Assembly (NCBI RefSeq): GCF_009834535.1
Contig: NC_045696.1
Coordinates: 109,866,001 to 109,930,000, forward strand
DNA: 64,000 bases
Direction: 5' to 3'
Origin: Camelus ferus
Taxonomy: Eukaryota
A program made the position numbers and the translations under genes. Under the pieces are notes generated by a model. It searched no databases, had not been told where the DNA came from, and saw only the letters and a program-made list of their open reading frames with translations. Shown here piece after piece: positions 37,705 through 51,232 of the stretch (positions are counted from its first letter, which is position 1; each line of letters opens with the position of its first letter).

Positions 37705-38045
37705 TTAGTGGCTCTTACCATTTCTGGCCATGGATGCCTTTGAGAAGCTGATGAAATTTCTGGACCAGTGCTGTCCAGCAGAACTTTCTGTTCTGTATCT
37801 GCGTTCTCTAAGACGGTGGCCACATGTGGCTACTGAACACTCAAAAGGTGGTAAAGGAGACTAAAGAACTGAACATTTAATTTTATTGAAACTTAATAAA
37901 TTTAAATTTAAATTTAAATAGCCACAGGTGGCCAGTGGCCACTGTGCTGAACAGCACGGCTCTAGAATTCTGTCCAGCCTCAAAACATGCATGTGGATAT
38001 AAACCCTGTACATACAGTTCTGGGGTTTCATGGAGCCCAGAAGAA
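37705..38045. mobile_element. MER103-like element with nested MER3 (~37766-37960)
   Basis: cctttgagaagctgatgaaa; cagtgctgtccagcagaactttctg...ccacatgtggctactgaacact...aatagccacaggtggccagtgg. Confidence 0.65.
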
Positions 38046-38904
38046 TGATTTCTCTAACTTGGCCCCCAATACCTTCAGGTGGGCAATGGGGGGGATGGTT
38101 CTCTTCTTAACCCGAGAAGCTTCCTTTAAAAATATCTTTTACATCCTGGCTTTTCTATAATCTTCGGTTTGGGGTAGGGATAAAATAACCGTTACTTTAA
38201 AAGAAGGATCTGCAAATCTGAGGAGGCTTTCTGGAATGATAAAGACATTCCCTGTCTGGATCTGGTGATTACACTGATATATAAGTGCCAAAAATCTGTT
38301 AAGCAGTACCTTTCAGATTTGTGTTTTACTATATGTAAATCATGTTTAATAAAAATATACACAATTTGAAAAAAGAAAGATGCAAATCACTGTTTTAAGG
38401 TCTTATCAGTCCTTTACACTTGAATGTCAGTGAGCAGCAAGTTCTTCGTTGACTCGGTGGACGACTTCCAGCACCAGAGGTCATAGACCAGAGAGAGATG
38501 GAAAGGATGGGGAGAGGGAGGGGCCCTAGGTGCTGCCTCCCCAGTGTGTGAAGATGAGGTTGCTAGTGGGAAAATCAACGAAATAGACAAACAGCAGAGG
38601 ATGACCCTGCTGGAACGGGGGAGTACCATCACTTTTCCCAGCCGTAGCTGGGACGTGCCCACACTGTGCTCCCTCGGTTCCCCCAGCAGACCCCTCATCC
38701 ACCACACAGACATGGCCCTTCCCCAGGGTCAGCTCCCTGTTCGTTGCTGTGTCCCCAAGCTCTGCGTGTGGTGGACGTTCCATCAACACCCGTTGAATGA
38801 AGGCATGCATGAATGAATGGTGTGACCATGGTGAGCCATTCCCAGCCTCCCCCATCCCAGGTCTGGAGGTCATTTTCTGGAAGCCCCCACAAAGGGTGTT
38901 TTAA

Positions 38905-39443
38905 AATGTACCCTGCTCTTATTCAGGTATGGTGAGGCCAGCAGATCAGGTGATGACTGATGTTGAAAAGATCTTTTGTTACCCACGAGGAGGGGCAGCC
39001 ACTCCACACAGGGCCATGTCGGGAAGGACCAGGGGTGGTCAGGAAGCAGAAGGGCTGAGGAGAAAACAGGGGCTAAAGGCTTTGCTGTGGTTTTCACGGG
39101 AAGGAATGGGCGAGGTGGGGTAAGCAGCTGGGATCGGCTGGTTTGAATAATTTCTGCGGTCTCTGGGCTGTAGGGGTGGTTCCTAGCTGTCTGGTACCTG
39201 GTCTGGAGGTGACTAGGGCAGAGGGATGTTGCCTCCTGGAGTGTGAGAGCCAGAGAGGGGAGGCTGGGAGTCAGGGCTGGGGCACTGACTTGGGATTGGT
39301 TGGTTTGCGCCTCAAAGATGCTCTCACAGTAAGTGGTCACTGCCTCTAGGGTTTGCTAGTCCTGCATGCGGAAGTCCCTCCTTGTCACTGAGGCCCAGCT
39401 GCAGAGAATCAAGAATACAGAAAACAAGGAACTACACTTAACA
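38905..39443 (-). mobile_element. ERVL-type solo LTR (MER76-like)
   Basis: tttattcaggtatggtgaggccagcagatcagg (AATAAA on the minus strand)...gggaaggaatgggcgagg...gtctggtacctgg...aatacagaaaa. Confidence 0.65.
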
Positions 39444-40639
39444 TCACTGAATATAGTTCATTCAAGGGCTCTGGCTACCTGAGGCCTCTCTGAGGACCTC
39501 TGGCTGCCTGGCCGAACCCCCTCTACATCCTCCTCATACATTGCCGCCCTCACATTCAGGAGCCCCCTTTCCTAGTCTTCGGACACTCAGTGATGCCATT
39601 TTACAGATGACAAATTTGAAGCCCAAGGCAATTACCCTGCTTGATTTCTCACAATCATGCCCTCGTGTGGGACCCCGAGTCATAACAGGTGTCCAGATCG
39701 TGGGCTCAAAAGCCACCGCTGCAGAGCAGACGGCTTCAAAAGTGCTCTAGACCAACTAGGTGGCCGTGTAGGGCCAGATGCGGGCAGGGATGGCCTGGCA
39801 CGTGTGCCATTTGGGAGATGGCCTTTAAGAAAAAGAATCAAAAATTACTAATGCAGAGGAGGGTGTGCACGTCAGGGAGCTTGAGGCTTAAACTCTTCAC
39901 CTGGGTACAGCTTTGTTTTGTTTCTGCTGTTAAAAGCTTGGAACCCAGGGGGTAGACAGAAAAAGTAAAAAGCAAAACCAAACCTGGAGTGGTGGAGGGG
40001 CGGAATAGGTGAACTGTATTCAGAGGCACACAATTCTGGAAAAGCAGAAAGATGGCTGGGAACGCAGCCACCTACGTCCCGCTGTCCAGAGTAAACACGC
40101 TAGCGCTTGGCTTTGCTGCCTTTTGGCTTGGCCTTTGTGAATCTGTAACGTCTCCCCAGCGGACCGCAGACTACTCATAAATAAGAGGCTGCCGGCAAGG
40201 GAGGGGGTGGGAAACGCAGGCTGCGCGGAGGTGAGGGAGGCGAGGCTGGGGCTCTGTCCTTGCTCCGACTTGTCCCTCGGGGTTGAGGACAGGAGGCTGT
40301 CTGGGACCCTTTGGACGCTGCCCAGCAGATGGAGTAGTTCGGCCCAGTGTCTGTCCAGAGGCCCGGGCAGCTCTGGGCTCAGGGAAGCTGGGGGCCTCCC
40401 TGGTTTTGCTGTTGTTTAGTTAAAAACCAGGGCTCTATTGGAGCCTCAAGCGGAGGCTAATTATAGGCTCCAACTTGCCAAAGCGCAGTTTGCTGGCCGT
40501 GCATCCTAAAATAGACCTCCGGTCCACCCTTGAGCCGCAGAGGGCCTTCCTCTAGCCTCCTGCGGCCCCTCAGCCCTGCAGAGGCGACGTCCTCTGGGTC
40601 AGAGGGGAAGTCAGACTTACTGCCCACCTACAGGTGTGC

Positions 40640-41560
40640 CCAGCCCATGTGCTGGAGCTGGCTCATGTGGGATTGTCCTGGCTTGCCAGGGCAGATGGTT
40701 AAATATTTCAGGAGTTTCGTGAGCTGGTTGCTAAACACAGCCATCAGGAAAATGTTAATTATGTGAACTTAAAATTAAATAAAATTTTATTTAAAACAAA
40801 GGTAATAAATGCTCAAAATGCAAGGGTAATGGATACTCATCACTCCCTAACTGTTCTACTGTGTTTGACTGTCATCCCTGCTTTTGAGGTTATTTGCTTC
40901 TGTTGTGCTGTGTGACGTGCTGACAGGGAACACTGCCTTTGGTTCCAGGAAACAAAGAATCTTCTATGAGGACAAAGCCATCAACCCCCCACCCCCATGG
41001 AGCAGCCTGAGGACAGTTCAGGATGGAGAAAAACAGGAAGCGTTCTGTGCTTTGGATGCTGGCCCTAGATAGTTAAGGTGCACATCAAAGGAGCAATTTC
41101 AATGAGCCCAGACCCTTGCATCTGACATCATTAGCTTGCGATGTCTGGGTTTTTTGGTTTGTTTGCTCTTTGTTTTTTTTGTGTGTGATTAGCAGTCATC
41201 TTTTGATGTTCCACTACATGTTTTTTTCCAGCCTCATACTCCTATACATTCTGGCTCTTACCTTCCCTCTCTGGAGCAGTTCCTCAGAGCCATCTGAGAG
41301 GCTATCTCCTGGGCTACAGTTCTCAGTAAGGTCCCCAATAAAACTTAACTCTCAACTTTTAGGTTGTGCGTTTTCCTTCAGTTGACAGATGAGAGCGGTA
41401 TATAAAGGCATGCTACAATGCATCTCTTCCCAACTCCGCATTCAGCGATCAGACGTTGGTAGCTTGAAATCAGCTGTGGTCAGAGTATTTACACAAGAGC
41501 AACTGGTCACCGCTCGAAAGCAGAGCCTTTCATCCACAAGGAGCCACCTGGTATGCAGAC
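40640..41560 (+). mobile_element. MER63-family hAT element split by an LTR
   Basis: ggttgctaaacacagccat...aaaggtaataaatgctcaaaa...ttgaggttattt | catctcttcccaactccgcattcag...ggtagcttgaaatcagc. Confidence 0.8.
40918..41387 (+). mobile_element. ERV1-type solo LTR
   Basis: TG...CA ends (tgctgacaggg...gttgaca); AATAAA at ~41337; 4-bp TSD gacg/gatg (40914-40917 and 41388-41391). Confidence 0.82.
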
Positions 41561-42834
41561 ACCAGCTCACTGATGGGGCCCGACCCCCCACTAAATACTC
41601 AGCATTCATGACTTCCCTAAATGCTCACGGTACCCCTCTGATGCAGATATCAACACACCTACTTTACGGGTGAGGAGGCTGAGGCTCCGAGAGTGATTTG
41701 AGCTCAGCTCAAATCGCACAGCTGGAAAGCGGCAGAGCCAGAAGGCCAAACCAGGTCACCGTGACTCAAAAGTGTGCAGGTCTTTGTCATCAGCTTCGGA
41801 AACGGAAAGGAACATCAGAATCAAGAGAGACTCTGTTGTGGAAGATTGCTTTCTGGTTTTTTGATTTTTGTTTTTGCTGTAGCATAGAGGAGTCCTGACT
41901 CCTGGTTCCTATCTGGGCTGCATCATGAAGATGAGCAGATATCTTCCCCACCGGGTGTGAGGACGCTAACCCATCAGACCAAACCATTTCCCGCTCTGAG
42001 TCCCTGGGCTTCCGTTTCTGAGCCCCATAAGCCGAGATGAGCTGGGGCAGACCTGGGGGTCTGACTCCGAGGCCCAGGGGCTCATGCTGCTGAGCACCTG
42101 CCGTCAGGCCCTGGGGGTGTGCAGTAGCTGCCTGGTCCTCCTGGATTTATGGTTGAAGTGGATGCAAATTAACCTCACTTCTCTGCTCACCTCTTCTTTC
42201 CAGGGGAGCAGGTGATAAAATACGAAACGCTAAGACGAGCGTCACTGACTGATGCTGTGAATGCACACTTACTCGTGGCCCCGGGGCCACACCTGCCCAA
42301 TTTCAAGTAGAGGAAAGTATAAATTGAGCACACCATCGTGCTCAAGGGCGGATTTAAGGGCGAGCAGGCTGGCAGTTTGCACGTGGCGGGTGGGACACCA
42401 GCAGACGACGTCCTCTCATTCTCTCTCTCCTTCTGCCCAAAAAGCCCCTGGGCTCCTACCATCAGGGCTATGTAACTTAACACCAGGCCTCCTGTTAAAA
42501 AGAGACATTATCGTAGCAGCATTAGTGCGAATTGCTATATGAGATTAGCTGGTCTTGAAGGATAAGGATGCGTTAATTTTGCTAGAGCCAGAAACAAAAG
42601 TCAGCCTTCAAAGCGTAAAATGCTGTGGATGAGCAGCGGTGGGTAAGTCCTGGGGGATGGCAGTCAGAGGTCGCAGTGGCCAGGGCTGTGTTCTGGGAGG
42701 GATGGTGCAGGGAGGGGAAGGGGGCGCTGACCCCTGGCTGCGTCCGCTCTGACTGCCCTCAGCTGTGCCTGTAGCCGCCTCATTTGACGTCCTCTGCGCC
42801 TCCGCGTGGAGGCTTCCTTAGAGGACGTGATACC

Positions 42835-43010
42835 CATGGTTCTCAAAGTGTGGTCTCTGGACCAGTGGCAGCAGCAGCACCCTGCCAAGACTTGTGAGAA
42901 GTGTAAATTCTCAGACCCGACCTCAGATGTCTGAGTCAGAATCTCTGGAGTGGGTCCTGACAATCTGTGTTTTAACACGCTTTCCAGAGGCTTACGACGC
43001 ACACTTGACT
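42835..43010. mobile_element. MER5A
   Basis: tggttctcaaagtgtggtctctggaccag...cagcagcacc...tgagtcagaatctctgg...caatctgtgttttaac. Confidence 0.78.
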
Positions 43011-44879
43011 TAGCCTCTGCTTTGCACAGACCCGCCTCCAGTCCTGCTCAGGCTGCCCTCTTCCTCCCAGCTGCTCCTGGACTTCCTCCTGGCCCTGGCC
43101 CACCTGTTGCCTCTATCTAGAACATCTGCCCTTCCCAACTCATACCTTGAGCCCTGGCCTCCTGAGAAACCCTGCCCCACCTTAGGGCTCATCTCAAACA
43201 TGCGTCTTTAGTCCTTCACTCACTCGCTCCTACCTTCATGTCTTTAGCATGATAATTGTTTCCTCTGTGCCAGGCTCTGTGCTGATTTGGGGGGAACCAC
43301 TGCTATTGTAGGAGATGCAGTTAGAAACGCAGGCAAAGGCCACTTTATGGGTGGGGAAGGCCTGGGAACGGTAGACCCCTGCGGGAGGGAGGCTGCACAC
43401 ACTGGGGGCCTCCAGGCCCCGCTTTTGAGTCAATCTTCCCAGCTGCTCACGAGGCTCCGCTGGCTGCTGTCTGGTCTTCCAGCCGCTCTCCCCACCTCTC
43501 TGCACGGGTGGCTCCCCGATCCTGATCACCTCGCCTAGGGCAGGGCCTCCTCGCCCCCTGCTGCTCTCTGCCTTGTCAGCTTTCTTACTTACGCAGCTTG
43601 CAATTTTACCAATTTTGTTGATTGGCTTATTAGTTGTTATCTCTGTATTTGCCACGAGAATATAAACTCCTTGAGGCCAGGAGTTGCCTTTCTGTCCCGC
43701 TGGTCCGTCCCCAGCACAGTGTCTGGTGCAGGAGGTACAGCTGGACTGAGTCCTGCAGTAGTGCTGCCTCTTCCTGAGAACCAGGGCAGGGGACCCGGTT
43801 CCTCCCACCAGGGGACACCCAGGTTCCTACTGAGTTCCTACCTGAGAATCACCTTCAGCCCCTCCCCCATCACCCCCTAGTCTAAGCATGTCAGTCCCCA
43901 CACTGATGTGCCTCAGATCAATCCCGTCCGTTATCCAGCCTTGCTTCAAGCCCTAATCATCTCTTTTCTGGTTTAACCTGAGAGCTGTTCCCTGGGGCTG
44001 GAAAATACAAAGCTCACGTGGTGAGTTCAGGTTGCGTCTGCAAGTGGAGTTAGGGAACGTGTCATCAGGTAGTGGCGAGGGTGCCACCTCCCAGACAGTT
44101 CACCCCAGGCACAGCCACAGCCACTGGGGTCCAGGGAGAACCAGGGAACCGAGGGCGAAGGTTGGGTCTTACTGGGGAAGACTGGGACGGTGGACACTTC
44201 TGAGAATGTACTGCAAATAAGCCTTGACCTCATCGTCACACCGTGCTCTGCTGAGGGAAGACGGCCTCTGTAGGAGAGGTCAGACGAGCCTGGAGTGAGA
44301 GGCCAGAACCGGTGGGTGGGGCTGTTCACCAGTGCTGGGCGGTCAGGAGAACCTGGTCCCTCGAGGGTGCCTTCTGCTGTGATGAGGACTAAGTTCCCTC
44401 GGCTTCACCTTCCCCGAAAGCCTCTCCACCCCTCCCAGTTCTGGTTCTGGCCGCACCCAGAATCCTGCCTCCAGCTGCCCTGCAAATTGAAGGGCTTGCA
44501 TTGGGCACTAAAGAGTAGAACCTCCACTGTATGTCAGGATGTGATCCTGGGTGCACATGTTAGAAGGGTTTCTTCATCATGAGCCGGCCCTTCCCGGCCT
44601 GATTTTCTACAGATTCTCCTGTCACATCTGAGCTTTGAGCACCAGGCACAGTGAGATCCGGTGAACCTGGGAGGCTGTGTGTGGGCCTGTCTTCCTCTGA
44701 CATCTGTCTCTCTCTCTCTGCTTTCTCTATTTGGAGCAACTGCTTTCCAACTCCCCGTTCCTCTTCCTGCTGGGATGAATTTACTAAGATGCAAATTTGA
44801 ATCTACTCAGGGGTGCACTCTGGAAGAAACCCTCACACCTTGGGCCCTGCTTTTCATTCTAGTTTCTCTCTTCTTCTCT

Positions 44880-45250
44880 CCCCTGCTTTGAACTGAACCA
44901 TTTTTCTGAACAGATTCAGGTCTTTCCAGGTTCCAGACCTTGACTCATGCTGCTACCTCTGCATGTCATGACCTAACTAGGCCACCTGGCGTCCATGTTT
45001 GCCGTCTCTGCCAGGTGAACTCCTACTCATCCTTCAAAACCCAGTCCAGGCTGCCCTAGGCATCCTTTGGACTCCCTATATCCCTTGTGGGTATGTATAT
45101 CTCTCTCACTGTAGTTGTCATGCTGGACTTTATTCTGATCTTTTTCTGTCTTTCCTCACTACTGACCTGTGTGTCCCTGACACAGAGACAGTCCCTCATC
45201 TCTGCTTCCTCAGTACCCAGCTCAGTGCCTGGCACACTGGTGCTCAATAA
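44880..45250 (+). mobile_element. L2 3' end
   Basis: aactcctactcatccttcaa...cagtgcctggcacactggtgctcaataaa(t), continuing gtttgtt after the SINE. Confidence 0.7.
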
Positions 45251-45252
45251 AT

Positions 45253-45424
45253 TTTTTAAAAATTTTATTTACTTTATTTATGTATCATTATTTTGTTTGT
45301 TTGGGGGAAGGAGGTAATTAGGTTTGGTTATTTATTTATTTATTTTAATGGAGGCACTGGGGATTGGACCCAGAACCTCATGCATGCTAAGCACACGCTC
45401 TACTACTGAGCTATACCCTCCCCC
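45253..45424 (-). mobile_element. vic-1-like SINE
   Basis: aggtaattaggttt...ggaggcactggggattggaccc...tgagctataccctccccc; TSD caataaat. Confidence 0.9.
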
Positions 45425-46929
45425 CAATAAATGTTTGTTAACCGAGTAGATGAACTAAGGCAGTGGAGGAGAGCAAATTACCCCAGACATATAAGGCAGA
45501 ACATAGTTTGATGTGTAGAACTGAGTATAAGATGCCTGAGAAACAGAACTCAAAATTTAGAGTCAAATTTATAAAACTCAAAACAGAGGCAACCAAATGT
45601 GTCAAGCCCAAACACTTGTTTAAGTACTTACTTACCATGTTTTATGCCATGATAAGCCCTTCACAGGCAAGATCTCATTTAATTCCTGCACCCGATGTGA
45701 ATAGTCATATAAAGTGGATGCCTCTGTAGAAGTTCCATTATACAGAGGAGGAAACTGAGGCCCAGACAGTTCAGGAACTTGCTATAGGACTAGGTGGCCC
45801 AGCTGAATTTAATCCACATCTGTCTGACCCACTAGCCCATGCCTTCCCCCCCTACCCTTTTTTTATTTTTAAAGTTTTATTAAGGGAAATTTCAACTACA
45901 TAAAACTACGTATAAAGGCAGAGAGAGAATACAGTGATGCCCCCGGTCCCTGCCATCTCCTCACTTTGACAACTAAAATCTCATGGGTAATTAAAACCCC
46001 TCTATTCCCACTGACCTCTGCCCCGTCTCTGAGATTATTACATACATTATCACTTCATCCGTAACTATTTCAGGTGTTCTCTTCCATACTTCTTATATTT
46101 CAATTTAAACGTTACCAAAGCAGGACATACATTGGTTTAAAAAACTAAAGAATACTAAAAAGAAATGCTTATAAAGGCTTGTAAAGACAAGCATGTCCCT
46201 GCCCCACCCTTTCTCTCCCCACGCCCCGGTCCCCCGCAGTTTCAGCTGTCTGTTTGTACAGAGCCTGCCCCGTATTTCTACAAATGTCTTGACTCTCTGT
46301 GTTATCAGCTGGAGACATTATTTATTGATTCCCAGCGGACAAATGAAGGTTTAGCTCACTCACGCCCCACCTCCCTTTTCCTCTATTTATTGACTGTTTT
46401 GGTAACTTTAAATACTAAAGCTCTATTTCTTGCTGAATCCATTGTGGACGGTTTCCTTCTCACACTCTCTCTCTAATAATCACAGATGTTTTATTTTCTG
46501 AGGTCAAAAAAGAAGACTGACAACCAGTTTAATTACTAAACTCGTCTACTGATGCCCGTGTGAAATATAGGTCCTTTCTGCTAAGAATTACGATGGAGGT
46601 GCCCCTGACTGTCAGAAGCTGCGGGCAGAGAGACAAATTGTTGTTTTACTTCCCAACCCAGCATTCGCAGGCCTGCAGAAGAATGTCGGCTATTTGATGA
46701 TTTTTCATGGTACTGCCTTCTCCGGGGCACGCCTGCAAAACCCATATCTTGTCTTATTATCATGTTTGGATCGCGATTCTGACATTAAGTAGCTCAGTTT
46801 TTTCTGCTGTAAAATGGGGTGGCTTTATCTTGACAGCACCAGGCACACAGTAATCCCTGAATAGATGTTTGTTGAATGAAATCAGTGATACACATTTAAA
46901 GAGCCAAATGCGTGAAATAACAAACAAGA

Positions 46930-48240
46930 AATGAATTCAGAAGCATCAGATTGGCAAACTATTGGGAGGGGAGGATATGAAGAAAGTGGGGTTCTCTCAC
47001 ACTGTTTCTGGGGGAATAAGTATGTGTGGCCACTTTGGGGAGCCGTTTGGCACTGCCATGTAAAAGCTGACGCTGGACACAGCCCCGTCTGCTCCTCGGC
47101 ACGGACCTGGAGCCGGGTAAGAAACCCTTTCCAAAGAGGGCCGGGTAGGAAATACCTTACGCTTTGTGGACTTTACAATCTTTGTTGCAACTACACAGCT
47201 CGGCCCGGCAATATGAAATCAGCTGTAGACAATTAGTACATGGGTGGGTGTGACTGTGTTCCAGGCAAACATTATTTACAAAAACAGGCACCTCATTGGA
47301 TTTGGCTGCCTACTGTTTGTCTGGCCTAGAGAAACTCTGGCACCGGTGCATGAGAACGTTTAGGCCCCTCCTGCTGGTGATAATGAAGACTGAAAGCCAT
47401 CTACAGCCATCAACAGAAAAATTCATAACCTATGGTATAAATACGATGAAATCCTACATGAGACAACATAGATAAATCTCAAACACAAAATGAGGAGTGA
47501 AGAAAGCAAGTTGCAGAGGGAAATACTGTGTGATGGTTAATTATATGTATCATCTTGGCTGTGTCATGATGCTCAGATATTTGGTCATACATTCGTCTGG
47601 GTGTTTCTGTGAGGGTGTTTTTAGATGAGATTAACATTTGAACTGGTGACTTTGAGTAAAGTGGACTGCCTTCCATAATGTGGGTGGGCCTTATCTAATC
47701 AGTTGAAGGCTTTATTGAGACAAAGACTGAGGTCTTCCAGAAAGAGAAGACTTGGCCAGCAGATGGCCTTTGGACTTGGACTGGAATGTCAGCTCTTCCT
47801 TGGATTTCCAACCTGCTGACATCTTGATCTGGGACTTCTAGCCTCCATTATAGTGTGAGCCAATTCTTTGTCTCTTTGTCTTTCTAGAAACATCCTATTG
47901 GTTCTGCTTCTCTGGAGAACCCTGCCTAATACACAGTACAATGCAATTGAATATAAAGTTTAAAATCACATGAAACCATCTGATCAAGGATTCATACACA
48001 TACATAGTAAAACTGGAACAATATTGGTGGGAGTGATTGATGCCAAATTTATAGCAGGGTGGCACTGGGGAGGGGAATGGAATCAGGACGAAGTACAAAG
48101 AGGGTTTCAATTGTGTCTGAAATCTTTGATTGTATGTTTAAAAAGAGGTCTGTAGCAAAATAACATTCAGGTTGACAATTCTGGATGGTGGGTACTCCTT
48201 TTTATATGTTCGACCTATTTCATAATCAAGAAGAATAAAA
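46930..48240 (+). mobile_element. Old L1 3' region with nested MER58A (~47108-47328) and MLT2 LTR (~47529-47932)
   Basis: L1 motifs flank ctgtagacaatt...tgactgtgttcc...tttacaaaaacaggca (MER58) and tgtgatggttaatt...ttggttctgcttctctggagaaccctgcctaataca (MLT2). Confidence 0.78.
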
Positions 48241-49221
48241 TGAGACAACATCACAAAACTAGGAGAAGAAGACCAGTGCAGTGAATGGCACGCCCACCGC
48301 AGGCCCCTAACATGTAGAGTGAGGCTGGCTGGGACAGGGGCGGCGGGGGGGCGGGCATGGAGAAGGCAGGTCAGAGACGGTGGGAGGCAAATATGTTGGG
48401 GGAAGGGAGAGTGCCTATTGCTCAGAAATATGCTGGGGACTTAAGGAGGCTTAAACCAAATTACAAGCTCTAGGAGACGATTTCAGGTGCGCCTGCTAGA
48501 ACAGACACTGTCAATGCTCAGCCACATCCCTTTGGATTAGTTGTTCTCTTTTATTCGCCACCATTTTTGCCTGCCCCACCTTCTCCCCATTCCCTGTGCT
48601 TCCATTTCCCACAGTCAGCACTGGGGGCTCTTTTTGGAGCAGGACCCTCAGGCTAGCAGAGCCCACTTTTCAGTGCCCCCCATCTGGCAGGTCCTTTGGG
48701 AATGACCGCCAGGTGTGGGGTGTGAGAGCCCAGCTCACTTGCTCGGGGCTGGGACTGCTCTGAGGTGGAACTTACCCTCCTGAGTCCCCCTGAAGCTGGG
48801 ACTTGGCCTGACATGGTTTTCTTGCTCATTCCTCCCTCACAGGTTTCCCCGGGAACAGCTCCATGATAACATCACCTGCTCAAGCCCTGGGCTCTGCCTC
48901 TTGGGAATCCATCCAAGACACGTGTGCTTCTCATCTCAGAAACCCCCTGGGGTCAGGATGCTTTGCGCCTTAGTCTGTCTAGAGGGTTGCTGGGCACATG
49001 GGCTGTGGAATCAAACTACCCAAGTTGAAAGTCTTGTTTCTATTACCTCCGAGCAAAAGTTACTGAACTGCTCAGAGCTTCAGTTTCCTCCTCTTTAAAA
49101 AGTAGGTCCATAAAAGTATCAGCCTCATAGGGTTGTTGTGAGGTTAAATGTGTTACGATAGGCAAGAACCACAGGATGAAATTCTGGCATGTAGTAAGTG
49201 CTCAATAAATGTTAGTTTTGT

Positions 49222-49335
49222 GGGGAGGGTACAGCTCAGTGGTAGAGTGCATGCTTAGCATGCACGAGGTCCTGGGTTCAATCCCCAGCACCTCCATTAA
49301 TAAATAAATAAACCTAAGTACATCCCCCCCACCCA
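49222..49335 (+). mobile_element. vic-1-like SINE at the end of a MIR
   Basis: A and B boxes; TSD aataaa(t/g)gttag(t/c)tttgt at 49204-49221 and 49336-49353. Confidence 0.92.
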
Positions 49336-51232
49336 AATAAAGGTTAGCTTTGTTACTTGCCACCGAAACTCCAGGGACATTTAAGGGCAAGCAGGAATTA
49401 ATATGCATAACCCTTGAGTCTGAGTCTACAAACCCAGGCTAATGTAACAAACGAGACAAACCCTTTTCTGTTATGTGGACATGTAACCTCGATTTATTAC
49501 AGTGGGACAGAATAAGCCAGTCAGTAGATTGGCGTGGCGGATGTGGCTAATGGTCTGTCGGAAATTATGGGAGAATCCTCATTCTTCCTTTGCGTGTGAC
49601 CTCATCGCACCTCCTACCCGCGGTGCTGGCCGGGGAGCAGGAAGGTGGGTGCGGGCTCAGGTCCAGGAATGGGAGTTTGATAGGGAGCCATTTAGGGAAG
49701 GGCGGGGAAACGCCCGTGTGAACATCAGCAAGAGAGGACAGAAGTCAAAGTATTAGGCTTGGAACAGGAAGCTGAGGTTGAAGCCTTGGCTCTCGTTTTC
49801 ACTAGACATCTGTTTCTCACCTCTGAGCCTCAGTTTCCCCGTCTGTAAACAGGACGTAATAACCCCTGTTCCATTTACTCCACAGGGAGGCTGTGAGGAT
49901 CTAGGGAAACACAGTGGAGGAAGTGCTGTGCACTGTGGTCCCACATATGGCACCAAAGTGGGGTGTTAGGAAGACCCTGCCGATGCACAGCCCAGATTAT
50001 CCTTGGAAATCCCTTAGAATCCCCATCTTGGGGATCCACAGTCAGTGAGTGCAGCACAGCTGGGGCTTTTCCAGATGAGAGAGTCTTAAACTAGGAGTCA
50101 TGTTATCTGGGAAGTTCCTCTCTTGACACACCGTCCTCAGGCTCAGGACGGCACAACCTTCCACCCGGAGAGGCCCGTGGGAAGGAGCCTGTCTGAAGCC
50201 CCGCGCAGGACACATCCTCACTGAGGGGGTGGAACCCCGGTACCACTTAAGTGGTGTTTCTGTCTCCCCGACACTGGCTTCAGGTACAAGCCCCAATGAG
50301 ACGCAGGGTTTTAGAGCAGGAAAGAGAGAGTTCAGCTGCCTGGCTACCTCCCCCACTGGAGGTGAGGCCCTGCAGATTTCTCTGCTTCTAGGAAACCTCC
50401 ACTGAAAAATTTCATGACACGGTTTTAGAATGCAAAGGGCTCTCGGAGATCATGAAAGCTCATGCAAGAGGAAGAACCAAGGCAGAGAGGCGTGACGGCC
50501 CCTCCCAAGCCCCAAGGCCCACCCTCGGCCCTTTAGTGTCCACAGCGAGGACTCATGGGAAAACTGAGGGCCTTGACTGGAAAGACAGGGCTTTAAACCC
50601 TGTCTTTGTTACCTGGGGATGTGTGATGCTCTAAAAGTCCCTCTTTGTAGCAGGGATAAGGAAACTTTCTCCCCAGGGCTGCAAGATGATTAAAAGTCGT
50701 GCATGTGTGACACAATATTATTCTGCCCTAGCCGAGACCGGGAAGCCACTCCCTCCTCTGTCAGTGTCACCAAGGTCCTGGGCAAAGGAGGTGGAGCCTG
50801 CAACAGGCATGGTGGCCTGGGCTCCACTGAGAACGTCCCGCCTAAGAGGCCGCCTTCAAGGTAGGGGTGCAGTGGGGCATCAGCTGAAGGAGGGCTTCTC
50901 CCTGCAGCTGCCCGAGCAAGGGGTCTCAGAAGAACCCAGGGAAGTATCCCCAGGAGAAGGAATCTGGTTTAAACTTCAGCCAGCCCCATATCCTGCGAAG
51001 CCATATCACAACAGCATCGCTCAGAAAGGGAACTTCCCGCTTTCCCTGTCTCTCCCTCCTTCCTGCTCACACTCCAGCTGGGTTAGAAAAGGCAGCGGGG
51101 AGTGGGGGTTGGGAAGGGCCCTGCCTCGGAGAGGGGAGAAATGGAAGGTCCACGGGAATACCATGTTGACTAGACATGCTATTTACCCGACTGGGACTGT
51201 GTTTAATGACTTAAAACGAGCATGGGATTTTT

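Noticed and set aside
37895..37920. AT palindrome aaatttaaatttaaattt
   Set aside because: Normal internal part of the MER3 element.
43236..43808. Longest ORF in the track (190 aa)
   Set aside because: No recognisable domain; it overlaps L2-like fragments and is expected by chance in GC-rich intron.
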